Shown here: piece after piece, positions 41,601 to 54,585 of the stretch
Layout of the letters: every line of letters starts with the position of its first letter
Position numbering within the stretch: position 1 is the stretch's first letter
Assembly (NCBI RefSeq): GCF_963921235.1
Contig: NC_086097.1
Location: 96,722,001-96,786,000, forward strand
Source: Mobula hypostoma
Taxonomy: Eukaryota
Reading direction: 5' to 3'
DNA: 64,000 nucleotides
Notes under the pieces: generated by a model
Seen by the model: the letters and a program-made list of their open reading frames with translations, nothing else
What the model was told of the DNA's origin: nothing
Databases searched by the model: none
Translations under genes and position numbers: made by a program

Positions 41601-42380
41601 AGTGCCTGATCCACATACTCTTTGGAAGATTGAACTTGAAGTAGGAATACTAGGTTAATAGCATGATTCTTAGCAGTGTGGAGGAACAGAGATGTCTTAG
41701 GGTCCAAGTCCATAAATCCCTCAATGGATAAGAAGACAAATGATGTCTGTAGATGGAGTTCAAGAGCCATGAGATAATGTTACAGCTCTATAAATCTCTG
41801 GTCAGACCACACCTGGAATATTGTGTTAAACTTGTTTGCTTCATTATAGGAAGGATGTGGAAGCTTTGGAGATGGTGGAAAGATTTACCAGAATTAGAGA
41901 ACATGTCTTATGAGGAAGGGGTGAGCAAGGTAGGGCTATTTCCCTTTGGCACAAAGGAGGATGAGTGACCAGTCATCGGTGTATAATACGAGAAGTATAT
42001 ATAGAGAGTGGACAAACAACACATTTTCTCCAGGGCACCAATGGCCAATGCTGGAGGATGCACATTTAAGGTGAGTGGAGCAAAATTTAGGGGAGAAATT
42101 AGAGGCGAGTTCTCCTCTCTCATACAGACAGTACTGGAATGCACTGCAGGGGTGTTGGTTGAGGTTGATACAATAGGGAGATTAAAAAGATTTTTAGCTA
42201 GGCACATTGGTGTAAGAAAAATAGAGGTTTAGGGTTTTGTAGGAGTGAGATTGATTGTGGATTAAGTTTATATCAGTTGGTACAACATTATGATTAAGAA
42301 GACACATCGTCCTCTTTTATTGTCATTTAGTAATGCATGCATTATGGGCCAGATTGTGCTGTATTGTTCTATGTTCTATG
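38650..42380 (+). mobile_element. Long degenerate CR1 LINE with a Rex1/Babar fragment inserted at 40514-41252 (-)
   Basis: PLFKKGNRDNPGNCRP; LYKSLVRPHLEYC; tgttcta tail; Rex ORF 40568-40948. Confidence 0.75.
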
Positions 42381-42460
42381 CTCTGTCATGGTAACAAATT
42401 AAAAATCTACAGGAAAAAAATAAATAACTTTCTTAGATAATGGACAAGTAACTGAGACAC

Positions 42461-42739
42461 CTCTTAGGGCTTTTCCCTTTGGACACCTCTCATCCATTGC
42501 AGCATGCCGCGCGGGACCAGGATCGTTTGAAGAGCAGCAAGTCTCTGAAGCAATACAGAGGCTATTTTGTTCATTACAGGCGGTGGTCACTCTAAAGCCA
42601 TCTCCCGTAGTGGGCAATATAGCCTCAGTAATATTCCACAGAGGTATGGTCAAAGGAAGCAGTTTTCGGGACTGCTTGAAACTGGTGGTATAGACCACAT
42701 TCAGGGGTTCATCTTCAGATCTGGATGAATCTGCTGCAG
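42461..42739 (-). CDS. Putative exon 3 of an unknown nested gene
   Basis: cacacag acceptor; 279 bp open, phase 1-1; CpG retained; weak donor AG|GTGTCT. Confidence 0.35.
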
Positions 42740-43706
42740 CTGTGTGGATGAGAGTGTGCATTCAAGAACATATCAAATCTTCCCAAACCAAAAGCTCGGG
42801 ATGAACTGCGAGGTTCATGTTCTGCTGAGGGATATTTCCAGGGCATTTCAAGACTAGCAATTCAGAATTTAACAAGACATCCAGGCACGGCTTATGGAAG
42901 GCCTTCGTGAGAGCAAAAAGGAAATTCCATGTAAAGCTAAAGACACAAATTGGGTACATGACATGGATGGCTGGGTTTGCATGTCACCACTTGCTATACA
43001 GCAAAATCTATCAGCATAAATGGAAGTGATGGTTCACTCCCGGATGAGCTCAGCACCTTCTATGCATACTTTGAAAAGGGGAATAACAACGCCTGGGAGA
43101 ATCCCCATAACATCTAGCAATCCTGTGATCTCTGTCTTGGAGGCCAATGTCAGAGCATCCTTCAAGAGAGTGAACGCTTACGGGAATTAGGTCCCAAAGG
43201 TGTACCTGGCCAAGTATTGAACAACACTGTGCTGACCCACTGACTGGAGTGAAAGATTGAAGATGTGCTTGAACATTGACTGTGACGTGGGGTTACCCAA
43301 GTGGCAAAAGAACAGTATAAATGAAAGACAACAGTCAGGCTGGTTAGGGTCAAGGGTCGATAAGAAGAGTTACAGAAAGACGGGGTGAACTAGAATCCAT
43401 TCCTCTGCTTTTGATTTCTGTGACAGATGACTTGTTCATCTGAAAATTGTTAGTACCTTTTTCCAGCTTATAAGAATTATAACTGTGTTTCAGAAATCCT
43501 TTCTAATATGGAACTATTTTATAAGATAGAAAACTTGTGTGAGTTTTAAATATTTTTAAAGATTTTTTTCTAAACTTAGACCCGTATCACTAAAAATAAA
43601 TAAAGCATGTTTTAAACTACTTTGTTAGCTGGAAATATCTCCTCCTTGGTCGGGATGGGGAGCGGGCAGCACCATTCATATAGTGGGTATAGGCAGCTAA
43701 ACTCAC

Positions 43707-43868
43707 CGCAGAGTATAAAGTGATCTAGCCTTTGAAGAGTAGGGAGCTGCAGTATAACCTCCCTTTCGTGAAGATATTCATAGCTATTTATATCCGATAG
43801 ATCTTCATTTGAATTCAGAGCTTCGTCGATAGCACATCCAATATCATCACAGCCCTTTCTCCTCTTTC
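43707..43868 (-). CDS. Putative exon 2 of an unknown nested gene
   Basis: 162 bp open, phase 1-1; strong donor CG|GTGAGT; acceptor ctgtag with a poor pyrimidine tract. Confidence 0.35.
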
Positions 43869-44683
43869 CTACAGACCTTGTTTGCCGAGTAATCCATTTG
43901 GGGAAGTTCAGGGTTGTTGGTGGATGGAACAGGAGAGGGAGGAAAATGATTAATGATGGGGCCAAAGGGAAGGGTTGAAGGGGAAGGGGACAAAAAAATG
44001 GGATGATTAGAAGTTGAGAGAGGGTGAAAATACACAGGAGGGAGGGAGCATCTGAAATGGAAAATACAGCATTCTAATCATAAGGTTGCAGACTTCACAG
44101 GCAGAATATTTGGTGGTGTTGCTCTAGTTTGTATTGGGCCTCACCATGGCAATGGAGGTCAAGGATGTGGAAAAGGGAAGGGAATTTGAAATGGCATGTA
44201 TCTGGGAGCTCAGGATTGCCAATGTATACAGACCGCTGATGTATTGCAAATTAGTGACCTGATCTGTGCTTGGTCTTATAATATAAATGAGGCCACACCA
44301 GGAATATCAAATGCAGTAGATGAGGTTGGAGGAAGTAAACATGAATCTTTGCCTCACCTGGAAGGGCAGTGTAGGACCCAGGATGGTGATGAGGGAGAAA
44401 TTACAAGAACAAGTGTGACCTCTTGCAGTTGCCAGCAAAAATGGGGAGAAGGGGAATTAACGGACCAGGAAGTGGTCCCTGAGGAAGGTGAAAAGGGATG
44501 CGGAGCGGAGGAGATGGGGCTTGTAGTGGGATCTTGTTGCAGCTGGAGTAAATGACAAAGGATGTGCTACATGTGGAGGTCAGAGGGATGAGAAGTGAAA
44601 AGTAGGAGGGAGGTGGGTTGAAAGGAGTCCATGAAATCAAAAGACGTTTGTTAAATTAAAACCAAACACACCAACTATCTTAC

Positions 44684-44690
44684 CTGCCAT
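44684..44690 (-). CDS. Putative start exon (ATGGCAG) of an unknown nested gene
   Basis: gaaATGGCAG|gtaaga: good Kozak context and donor. Confidence 0.3.
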
Positions 44691-45649
44691 TTCTTTTAAG
44701 AACCTTGGTTGAAATCAAACTGGACTTCCCCAGCCCGTAGCTTCAACTATTTGCCTTTTACTAATGTGAAGATCTTTTACAGGGATTGCGAATGTGCATA
44801 GTTTTATTTGATTATTGATTTGTCATGACATTATTCTATTTGGTGTGTGTGAGACAGACAGACACACACACAGTGTTGTGCGCCTTGTTTCGTTTGGCCA
44901 TATACACGTGTATGGTTGAATGATAATAAACTGAACCTGATAAACTCACCCACCACCATCGGAGTGAAATATCCCGATAACTGTTTTAAAGGAACAGCTC
45001 AATACTGTACTGAAATGGCCCCATAACTAATGCCATACACACAGTTTAGGTGAAATGACAGGTTCATTCTGGTTTATGAGATCCAGTGCCTCATGATGCC
45101 CTCCTTCCTACTAAATAGGCAGTTTAAGTCCCAGCTTAAACGTGAGTCTGGTGTATTGCCTTACGATCTCTTCAAATCAGTATTTATAACACTGCCAATA
45201 ATTCCTGGAACTATTGACTGCGAAAATTATAGAACAATCAGTCTTATGAGTCACATAATAAAGATTTTGTTGAGAATTGTTCCGAGTCGAATTAAAAACA
45301 AATTAAGACCAGAAACTTCTAAACTGCAATATGGGTTTATTGAGGATAGAGGAACTAGGAACACAATTTTCATACTACGAATGCTTTCAGAAAGGGCAAT
45401 TGAATATCAAAATGATGTCTTTTTATGTTTTATTGATATCATTAAAGCATTCGACAAAGTGCAACGTGAAAAATTATTTCAAATTCTCGCTAAACTAAAC
45501 ATTGACGGAAGGGACCAACAACTGCTTCGAAATTTATATTGGAACCAAACGGCGGCGGTAAAAATTGATGATAATATAAGCAGTTGGACTAAAATTCAAA
45601 GAGGAGTTAGACAGGGATGCGTTGCCTCACTGGAATTATTTAATATCTA

Positions 45650-47984
45650 CTAGACAACGGGTGACCTGTTGGGGCACCCTTTGAGAGAAAGGTAGTGTGG
45701 TCTGATGTGATGTGCTTTGGAAATTAAAGAAGAAAAACTCAGTTTATTAAAGAAGAAAGACACGTAGCAAGACAAATATAGCTCCTCCTCGTTTAACAAA
45801 GGACACTTTTGATGACAACATTTCTGGTTGATCTGCCACCCTTCAAGAATACCCTAACGTTTTCATTTCTTTTTCCCCAGCTTAACGCCATATACAGCTG
45901 ACCACGTGGGAATACCGGTTTCTCCAAATAAATCAACACATTCTCCATGGTTTGGCCTTGCACCTTATGTATAGTCATAGCAAAGCATGACTGTATTGGG
46001 AACTGGCTCCGCTGAAGAGGGACATCTTCCCCTTCTGATAAACTGAGAGCAATTCTTGGGATCATGACAATGTCATTTTTGAATGCACCAATGTTTATCT
46101 TTGCTACAATGAGATTGTCGTGCAGTTCTTCCACCATCATTCGCGTTCCATTGCAAAGCCTTGGTGGATCCAAGTTCCTCATTGAAATGATGGGAGATCC
46201 CCTCCTCAATTCCAGTTTATGTGGTGGCAATCCAGAGGGTTCGACCGAATCAAGGAATTCTGTAGGAAAATGAGTGGCATTAGCTCCTTCACCTATGGCA
46301 TTGAAGGAACAGTATTCTTTCATGATTCCAGAGAAGCGTCTAGTGCATGTGAAGTTTATTTTTTGCATCATTTCATTGAGAGGAACCAAGATAGAATTCC
46401 TTGAGAACTGTTCTGCAGGATTGTCTAATGTCAGGTAGATGAAATCAAAGCGTTCTTCCATAGTTTTTGCTGGCAGAATCATATCTTCAGGTAATTCGAT
46501 TTCATCGTTTTCATTTTTCTCAATCTTGTCTTCTCCAACATCCAATAACTGAGAATACTGTCCTTCTCCCTCATTTAATTGCATGCTTCTCTTCAATTGA
46601 AACTTGAAGCTTCTCCATAAGTAGGATTTTTTATGCATGAGTTCCCCACATCAGCATCATTTCCTCGTTTCACAACTGCTAGAAGCTGACGGAAATCGCC
46701 ACAGCAAATGGTTAACATACCCACGAAGGCCTCATTCTTGCCGCATACATCATGAAGAGCCCTGTCCATGGCTTCGAAGCTCTTCCTCCTAATCATGGGG
46801 CACTCATCCCAGACAATAAGCTTCACATTTTGGAGTAAATTTGCAGTATTTTATTGATGTTACAAAGGGCATCCTCATTGACTTTGAGGGGTATTTTGAA
46901 TCTTGAATGTGCTGTCCTACCACCAGGCATCAATGTTGCTGCAACACCTGATGGTGCTACAGCAATAGCAACACCTCCATCTCCCCTAACTTTAGCGAGG
47001 ATCAAGCTGATAAATGTGTTGCCCGCTCCTCCTGGTACATCAATGAAAATCATTGAAGAGAGATTCCTTTCCAAGCAGTCACACACATATTCATATACTT
47101 CTCTTTGCTCATTATTCAATAGGGTACTCTTTGCTGCATATCCTCAAGTTGATCTTTCCTTTTCTCCTCTGTCCCTTCCTCTCTCCTCCTCCTCTGCCTG
47201 TTTTTGTCATTCTGGAGACGTGCAGCCCTTTCATCCTTTGTCTCTTCATCTCTTCTACCATTTGTTCTTTCTCTCTGATCCTGGAGTCATGCGGTCCTGG
47301 CCTGATCCAATTCTTGTTCTCTCCTCCTTCTGTGCCTATTGTTGTCATTTTGGAGATGTGCATGCCTCTCCTCCTCTGTCTCTTCTTCTCTCATCTTTTT
47401 TATCCTGACCCTTTGATTCTGGAGTTGTGCGGCCCTGGCCTCATCCGATTGTTGTTCTCTCCCTCTCCTTGCCGCTTCCCGACAACATTTGGCGTCATCT
47501 CTTGACCATAATGTCCCCCTTCCCTTTCCACAAGGCATAATTAGGCTGTCCATAATTTTTTTACCCTAATGCTTGATAGAAGGTAGGAAGCAGTAACACC
47601 AAAGCCTCCAGGATGCTGATTTTTCTTGATGATGTGGTTGGCGCTCTCCTAAATGGACATGATAGCCCTGCCCTTTTGCTGCCGTTGGAGTCGCTGCTGT
47701 GAGCATCATGAGGCGCTGCTGAGGTTGGCCGTGCCCATGCGTCGTGGTGTTGCGTTGCGGTTTCCATGAAAGGTGGAATCGGCTCGGGTTGTGGAAACCA
47801 TGGCCTGTTGATTGACGAGTGAGCAATTTTATACAAATATATAACCCTGAACTTTGCATGGATTCTGTAAGTTAGCGCATTTTAAGTTGATCTAGTCAAA
47901 AAGAAAGTGCCGCTATAATGCACCGTTTGGGCTAATTGGAGGTCACAGACAAACAGAGCATGAGAATTTTAGTAGTATACTAGA
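45650..47984 (-). mobile_element. Helitron, internally deleted (no Rep domain), both termini present
   Basis: 5' TC(TAGTATACTACTAAAA) at 47984; 3' hairpin at 45659-45679 then CTAG; inserted in an A|T site without TSD; encodes a PIF1 helicase. Confidence 0.9.
45793..47119 (-). pseudogene. Helitron PIF1-family helicase, frameshifted
   Basis: DVPGGAGNT (Walker A variant), GGRTAHSRFKIP, IVWDECPM, GDFRQLL, LCNGTR, FAMTIHKVQGQT, GQLYMALS across three frames. Confidence 0.9.
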
Positions 47985-48864
47985 TAGTTAGTTAAATGAT
48001 TCTCAGAGAAATAGAAGACCTAGATGGGATAAAAATTGGAGGTGTTAACATCAACAATATAAGGTATGCAGACGATACCACCCTAATAGCAAGTGCTGCA
48101 GAAGACCTACAAATCGTCCTAGACAAAGTAGTACAAGCAAGTGCAGATTTTGGTCTAACCATCAACTGTAAGAAAAAACAAATGTATGGTAATATCAAAA
48201 CAGCAGGATACTCCCAACTACCAATTGTACATCGGTAACCAAGAGACTGAACAAACGACCAGCTTTAATTACCTTGGTAGCTTCACATCACAAGATGCTA
48301 GAAATACAGTAGAAATAAAAAGAATTGCCATTGTCAAAACCAACTTCCAAAAAATGAAACCCATTTTTACCAACAGACACATTTCTATGACAACAAGGCT
48401 TAGACTACTAAAATGCTACATCTGGGCAATCTTGCTGTATGCTTCCGAAACATGGACTATAACACCAGAACTATGCGGTTTCTTAGAAGAACGCTGAAAA
48501 TATCATACAGAGATAGGGTAACTATTGAGACAGTACTCCAACGTGCACATACAAAAAGATCTTTAATGAGAACATTAAATGAGAGGAAACTTAAATTCCT
48601 GGGTCATGTCATGAGAAAGGGAGAAATAGAATACCTAACATTACAAGGCCGTATGCCTGGGAAACACGGAAGAGGAAGGCAAAGAAGAAGGACACTGTGA
48701 AAGAACTAACAGACCTAAGTGTGCGAGATATCATTGACGCTGCGAGGGATCGTTCGATGAGGAAAGCCATGATCACCCAAGCGCGTAACGCGCAAGGCAC
48801 ACGAAGAAGGAGACCACTGACACAGCTGACGAAGATTTTAAACCCGCGACCAGTATTTGCTCAC

Positions 48865-48939
48865 CTCTTTGTCTGTAGCGTCCTCCCCAACACCTAGAAG
48901 CGAATACAGATCTAACTGCAGGATTTCTTTGGCTGCCAT
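48865..48939 (-). CDS. DNAJC17: DNAJC17 coding exon 1
   Basis: MAAKEILQLDLYSLLGVGEDATDKE|gtgagc; resembles recalled human [26 protein letters not shown]. Confidence 0.95.
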
Positions 48940-49443
48940 TTCGCCGGTTTTACTAAGGAGTAACGCAAATTCCGACCACCAGATTGTAAACCGACTACGA
49001 CACTTGATCTTTCAACCCGACCCGCAAAAAGAAAACCGCGATGACTCTTGGGATTGTAGTACCAAATGCAGCAACCCCGCATCTTTCTTCGCATCTCATT
49101 ATAGATGGACTACAATTCCCAGCAGGCATCAGAATGCATGCTGGGACTATCGTCAAATCGACAATCAAGAGAGCGCCGGCGATTGATGATGATGTCCCAA
49201 AGAGTTTGTAGTCTAATTATTATTTCTGTTCCGTTTACAACGCCCGCTCTGAGAGATGAGAACTACATCACCCAGGGTGCTTCAGGTGTCGAGCAGTCAA
49301 TCGACGTCTCCAGGTGGCCCTGGAGATGAGGAACGGAGGTTAATAAGCTGACGAAAGGTTGTTGTGGATGGAAATTCAGCCAAAGTTTACCAGATTATTT
49401 TCCTTTTACAATTTTAGGACGTGTATTTCACCACTGATTGGAG
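48940..49443. promoter_or_regulatory. Bidirectional CpG-rich promoter and 5' UTRs of DNAJC17 and ZFYVE19, with ZNF143 (SBS)/ACTACA motifs
   Basis: Divergent ATGs ~505 bp apart; ACTACAATTCCCAGCAGGC at 49109-49127 and related motifs at ~49043-49060, 49136-49154, 49205-49212 and 49261-49280. Confidence 0.8.
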
Positions 49444-49497
49444 ATGACTGGACGTTGCTTCGGCTGCGCAGCTAAATTCACTCTGCTGAAAAAAGAG
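49444..49497 (+). CDS. ZFYVE19: Zinc finger FYVE domain-containing 19 (ANCHR), first coding exon
   Basis: MTGRCFGCAAKFTLLKKE|gtaaat; resembles recalled human MESRCYGCAVKFTLFKKE; head-to-head with DNAJC17 as in human. Confidence 0.93.
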
Positions 49498-49619
49498 GTA
49501 AATTCAAGCAAATAAATCCCAGGCCTCTTTCTGTTTGCCTGAACTTCATTATCAAACTTCAATGTCAGGTTACCGATAACTGTGAATATCTTCTTAATGG
49601 TGCCCTCTTTCACATCCTT

Positions 49620-52600
49620 AGAACATAGAACGACAGCTCAGGAACAGGCCCTTCAGCCCATAATGATGAGCCAAGCCAATTAAATTAATAATCGATTGGC
49701 TAATTAAACTAATCTCTTCTGTCTGTACAAAGCCCATTTCTTTCCATTCCCTCAGATTCCTAGTGGGAATGCGTACTAATGCTGCATGGTGGGGTTTAAA
49801 CTAGAGTTGCAGGGGGATGGGAACCAGAGTGCCAGAACAGTTAGAGGAGAATGTTGGCCTTCATTGCTAGAGGGATTGAATTCAAGAGCAGGGAGGTCAT
49901 ACTACAACTGTACAGGGTACTGGTGAGGCCACACCTGGAGTACTGTGTGCAGTTCTGGTCTCCATACTTGAGGAAGGATATACTGGCTTTGGAGGCAGTG
50001 CACAGGAGATTCACAAGGTTGATTCCAGGGATGAAGGGGTTAATCTGTGAGGAGAGATTGAGTCGCCTGGGACTATACTCTCTGGAGTTCAGAAGAATGA
50101 GAGGGGATCTTATAGAAACATTCAAAATTTTGAAAGGGATGGATAAGATAAAAGTAGGAAAGTTGTATCCATTGGTAGGTGAGACTAGAACTAGGGGACA
50201 TTGCCTCAAGATTCGGGGAGAAGATTTAGGACGGAGATGAGGAGAAATTGTTTTTCCCAGAGAGTGGTGAATCTGTGGAATTCACTGCCCAGGAAAGCAG
50301 TTGAGGCGTCTTCATTAAATATATTTAAGATACAATTAGATAGATTTTTACATAGTAAAGAATTTAAGGGTTATGGGGAAAAGGCAGGTAGATGGAGCTG
50401 AGTTTACAGACAGATCAGCCATGATCTTATTGAATGGCGGGGCAGGCTCGAGGGGTGGACGGCCTACTCCTGCTCTTATTTCTTATGTCCTTATGTGATA
50501 CTGGATCTGCCATTAGGGGACGAGACAGGGCAGGTGACAGAAGTTTATGCAGGGGAACACTTTGCATCTAGCGATCACAATGCCATTAGTTTCAAAGTAA
50601 ATATGCAAAATGATAGGTCTGATCCACAGATTGAGATTCTAAATTGGAGAAAGTCCAATTTTGAACTTGATCGTATTAGAAATGATCTGGCAAGTGTGGA
50701 TTGGGACAGTCTGCTTTCTGGCAGAGGTGTAACTTGGTAAGTGGGAGGCCTTCAAAAGTGAAGTTTTGAGAGTACAGAGCTTGTATGTCCCAGAAGAATA
50801 AAAGGTAAAGATAACAAGGGACTCTTGGTTTTCAAGAGAGATTGAGGCCCTGGTTGTGGGGGGGGGAGGGAAGGTAGGAACAAATGAGGTGCTTAAGTAT
50901 TCTCTTGCATTTCTGTACTCCTTAAGTAAGAAATCAGGAAAGCTAAAAGAAGATATGAGGTTACTCTAGCAGACAAGGTGAAGGAGAATCCCAAGGGATT
51001 CTACAGATATGTTAAGAACAAAAAGATTGCAAGGGTCAAAATTGGTCTTCTGGAAGATCAGAATGGTAATGCATCTGTGGAACCAAACCAGATGGGGAAG
51101 ATCTTAAATACATTTTTTGCATCTGTATTTACTAGGAGATGGACACAGAATATAGAAGTGAGGCAAAGTGGCTTCAACTTCATGGACCCTGTACAGATTA
51201 CAGAGGAGGAGGTGTTTGCAATCCTGAGGCAAATCAAGTAGATAAATCCCCGGGGCCTGACAAGGTGTTCCCTTGGACCCTATGGGAGGCAAGTGCAGAA
51301 ATTGCTGGAGCCCTAGCAGAGATATTTAAAACACCCTTAGTGACAGGAGAGGTACCAGAAGATTGGAGTATAGCTAATGTTGTTATGCTGTTTAAAAAAG
51401 GCTTTAAGCATAATCCAGGAAATTATAGACTGGTGAGCCTGACATCAGTTGTGGGAAAGATATTGGAAATAATTCTAAGGGACCGGATATATAACTTTGG
51501 ATAGCCATGGACTGATTAAGGATTGTCAGCATGGTTTTGTGCATAGTAGATCATGTCTAACCAAACTTGGGAAGTTTTTCGAGGAAGTTACCAGGAAAGT
51601 GGATGAAGACAAGGCAGTGGATGTTGTCTACATAGACTTTAACAAGGCATTTGGCAAGGTCCCTCGTGAGAGGTTGATCAAGAAGGTCCAGTCGCTTGGC
51701 ATTCAGGATGAGGTAGTAAACTGGATTAGACATTGTCTTTGTGGGAGAAGCCAGAGAGTGGTAGTAGATAGTTGCTTTTCCGACTGGGTGCCTGTGACTA
51801 ATGGTGTGCCGCAGGGATTGGTGCTGGGTCGTTTATTGTTTGTCATCTATATCAATGACCTGGATGATAATGTGGTTAACTGGATCAGCAAATTTGCAGA
51901 TGACACCAAGATTAGAGGTGTGGTAGATGGTGATGAAGGGTATCATGACTTGCAGAAGGATCTGAAACAGCTGGGAAAAAAATGGGCTGAAAAATGGCAG
52001 ATGGAATTTAATGCAGAGAAGTCTGATGTATTGCAATTGGATAGGACCAACTAGGGTAGGTCTTGCACAGTGAACAGTAGGGCACTGAGGAGTGTGTTAG
52101 GACAAAGGGATCTAGGAATACAGGTCCATAATTCATTGATAGTGGTGTCACAGGTAGATGGGGTCGTAAAGAAAACTTTTGGCACATTGGCCTTCATAAA
52201 TCGATGTATTGAGTACAGGTGATGGGATATTATTTTGAAGTTGTATAAGACATTGGTGAAGCCTAATTTGGAGTATTGTGTGCAGTTTTTGTCACCTACC
52301 TACACAAAAGATGTAAATAGGTTTATAAGAGTACAGAGAAAATTTTTTAAGGATGTTGATGGGTCTGAAGGACCTGAGTTATAGGGAAAGATTTAATAGG
52401 TTAGAACTGTATTCCTTGGAACATAGAAGATTGAGAGGAGATTTATGAGAGGTATACAAAATGATGAAGGGTATAGATAGGGTAAATGCAAGCAGGCTTT
52501 TTCCACTGAGGTTGGGTGGGACTATAACCAGAGGTTATAGGTTAAGGGTGAAAGGTGGAAGGTTTAAGGGAACGTGAGGGGAAACTTCTTCACTCAGAGG

Positions 52601-54585
52601 GTCATGAGAATGTGAAATAAGCTGCCAGCACAGGTGGTAGATGAGAGCTCAATTCCAATATTTAAGAGAAGTTCGGATAGGTACGTGGAATAGTAGGGGT
52701 ATGGAGCGCTATGGTCCTGGTGCAGGTCACTGGGAGTAGGCCATTTCAATAGTTTCAGCATGGATTAGATGGGCCAAATGGCCTGTTTCTGTGCTGTACT
52801 TCTCTGACTCTATGACATATATGTGCCTATCTAAACACCTTTTAAAGGTCTGTAATGTTTCTGCCTTCGTTGCCTGAAGGGGTTGGTATTATGTCCACTT
52901 ATTTTTCACGTTATATGTTTAATGATTCGGATGATCAAATTAACGGCTTTGTGGCCAAGTTTGTGGAAGGTATGAAAATAGATGGAGGGACAGGTAACGT
53001 TGAGGAAGTAGGACATCTGCAGAATGACTAAGACAGATTGGGGGAATGGGCAAGGAAATGTCACATGGAATATAGTGCAGGGAAGTACATGGTCATGCAC
53101 TTTGGTAGAAGGAATAGAGGTGTGGACTATTTTCTAAATGGGGAGAAAATGCAAAAATCTGAGGTGCAAAGGGACTTGGGAATCCTCATACAGAATTCCC
53201 GAAAGGTTAACTTGCAGGTTGAGTTGGTGGTAAGGAAAGCAAATGCAATGTTAACATTCATTTCAAGAGGACTAGAATATAAAAACAAGGATCTAATGCT
53301 GAGGCTTTATAAGGCATTGGTCAGACTGCACTTAGAGTATTGTGAGCAGTTTTGGGCCTCTTATCTAAAAGAAAAAGATGTGTTGGCATTGGAGAGAGTC
53401 CAGAAGACGTTCACACAAATGATGCCAGGTATGAAAGGGTTAACATCTGAGAAGTATTTGATGGCTCTGGCTTATGCTCACTGGAGTTTAGAAAAATGAA
53501 GTGGGGGGAATCTCATTGAAAACTGTTGAATATTGAAAGGTCTGGATAGAGTGGATTTGGGGAGGATGTTTCCTATAGTGGGGTGAGCTTGGGACCAAAG
53601 GGCACCGCCTCAGAATAGAGGATCATCCATTTAGAACAGAGATAAGGAGGAATTTCTTTTGCTCGACAGGAGTGAATCTGTGGAATTCATTGCCACAGGG
53701 GACTGTGGAGGCCAAGTCATTGAGTATATTTAAAGTGGAGGTTGATAGGTTCTTGATTAGTCAGGGCATGCAAGGTTAAGGGGAAAAGGCAGGAGAATGG
53801 GGTTGAGAAAGATAATAAATCGGCCATGATGGATGGGCTGAATGCACTGTCTCAGCAGCGCAGTCCAGGTACCCACCACTCCGTGTATAACAGAAAAAAA
53901 ATTTGTCCCTCTCGTCTCCTTAGAATTTACCCACTCTCATTTTAAATACATGCCCTCTAGTACTAGACATTTCAACCCTGGGGAAAAAGATACCGTCTGT
54001 CTACTCTATGCCTTTCATAATTTTATAAACCTTCATCAGATCTTCACTCAGCCAGTGCCGCTCCAGAGAAAACAACCCAAGTTTGTCCAACCTCTCATTT
54101 ATAGCACATGCCCGCTAATCCAGGTAACATCGTGGTAAACTTCTACATCCTCTCCAGCACCTTGATATCCTTCCTATAATGGGGCAACCAGAACTCCATG
54201 CAATATTCCAGATGCGGCATAGCTAGAGTTTTATAAAGCTGCAACATAACTTCCTGACTTTTGAACCCAATGTCTCAACTCATACCATATGCCTTCTTAA
54301 TCACCCCATCACCCTGTGTAGCCACATTCAGGGAGCTATGAACTGGACCCCAAGATGCCTCTGCTCATCAATACTATTAAGAATCTTGTCCTGTACTGTC
54401 TCTTTTACATTTGACCTACCAAGCTGCAACGCTTCACACTTGGCCAGATTAAACTCCATCTGCCATTTCTCCTCCCTTATCTGTAACTGATCTATCTCCT
54501 ATTGTATTCTTTGTCAGTCTTCGACATAATCCACACCACTGCTAATCTTCGTCTCATCTGCAAATTTACTAACCCACCCATTAAG
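49620..54585. mobile_element. Cluster of nested CR1 LINE fragments (mostly +; a - piece at ~53850-54585)
   Basis: RT ORFs 49851-50401, 51139-52054 (GVPQGLVLG..SKFADDTK) and 53038-53499. Confidence 0.85.

Larger units (their letters stand above)
45140..48812 (+). mobile_element. RTE-type LINE, 5'-truncated, split by a Helitron
   Basis: CENYRTISLMSH..RGVRQGCVASLELFNIY (to 45649) resumes at 47985 as MILRE..INNIRYADDT; C-terminal LKFLGHVMRK..GRGRQR. Confidence 0.85.

Noticed and set aside
45793..46638. 281-aa ORF as the host PIF1 gene
   Set aside because: Intronless, frameshifted upstream and enclosed by Helitron termini.
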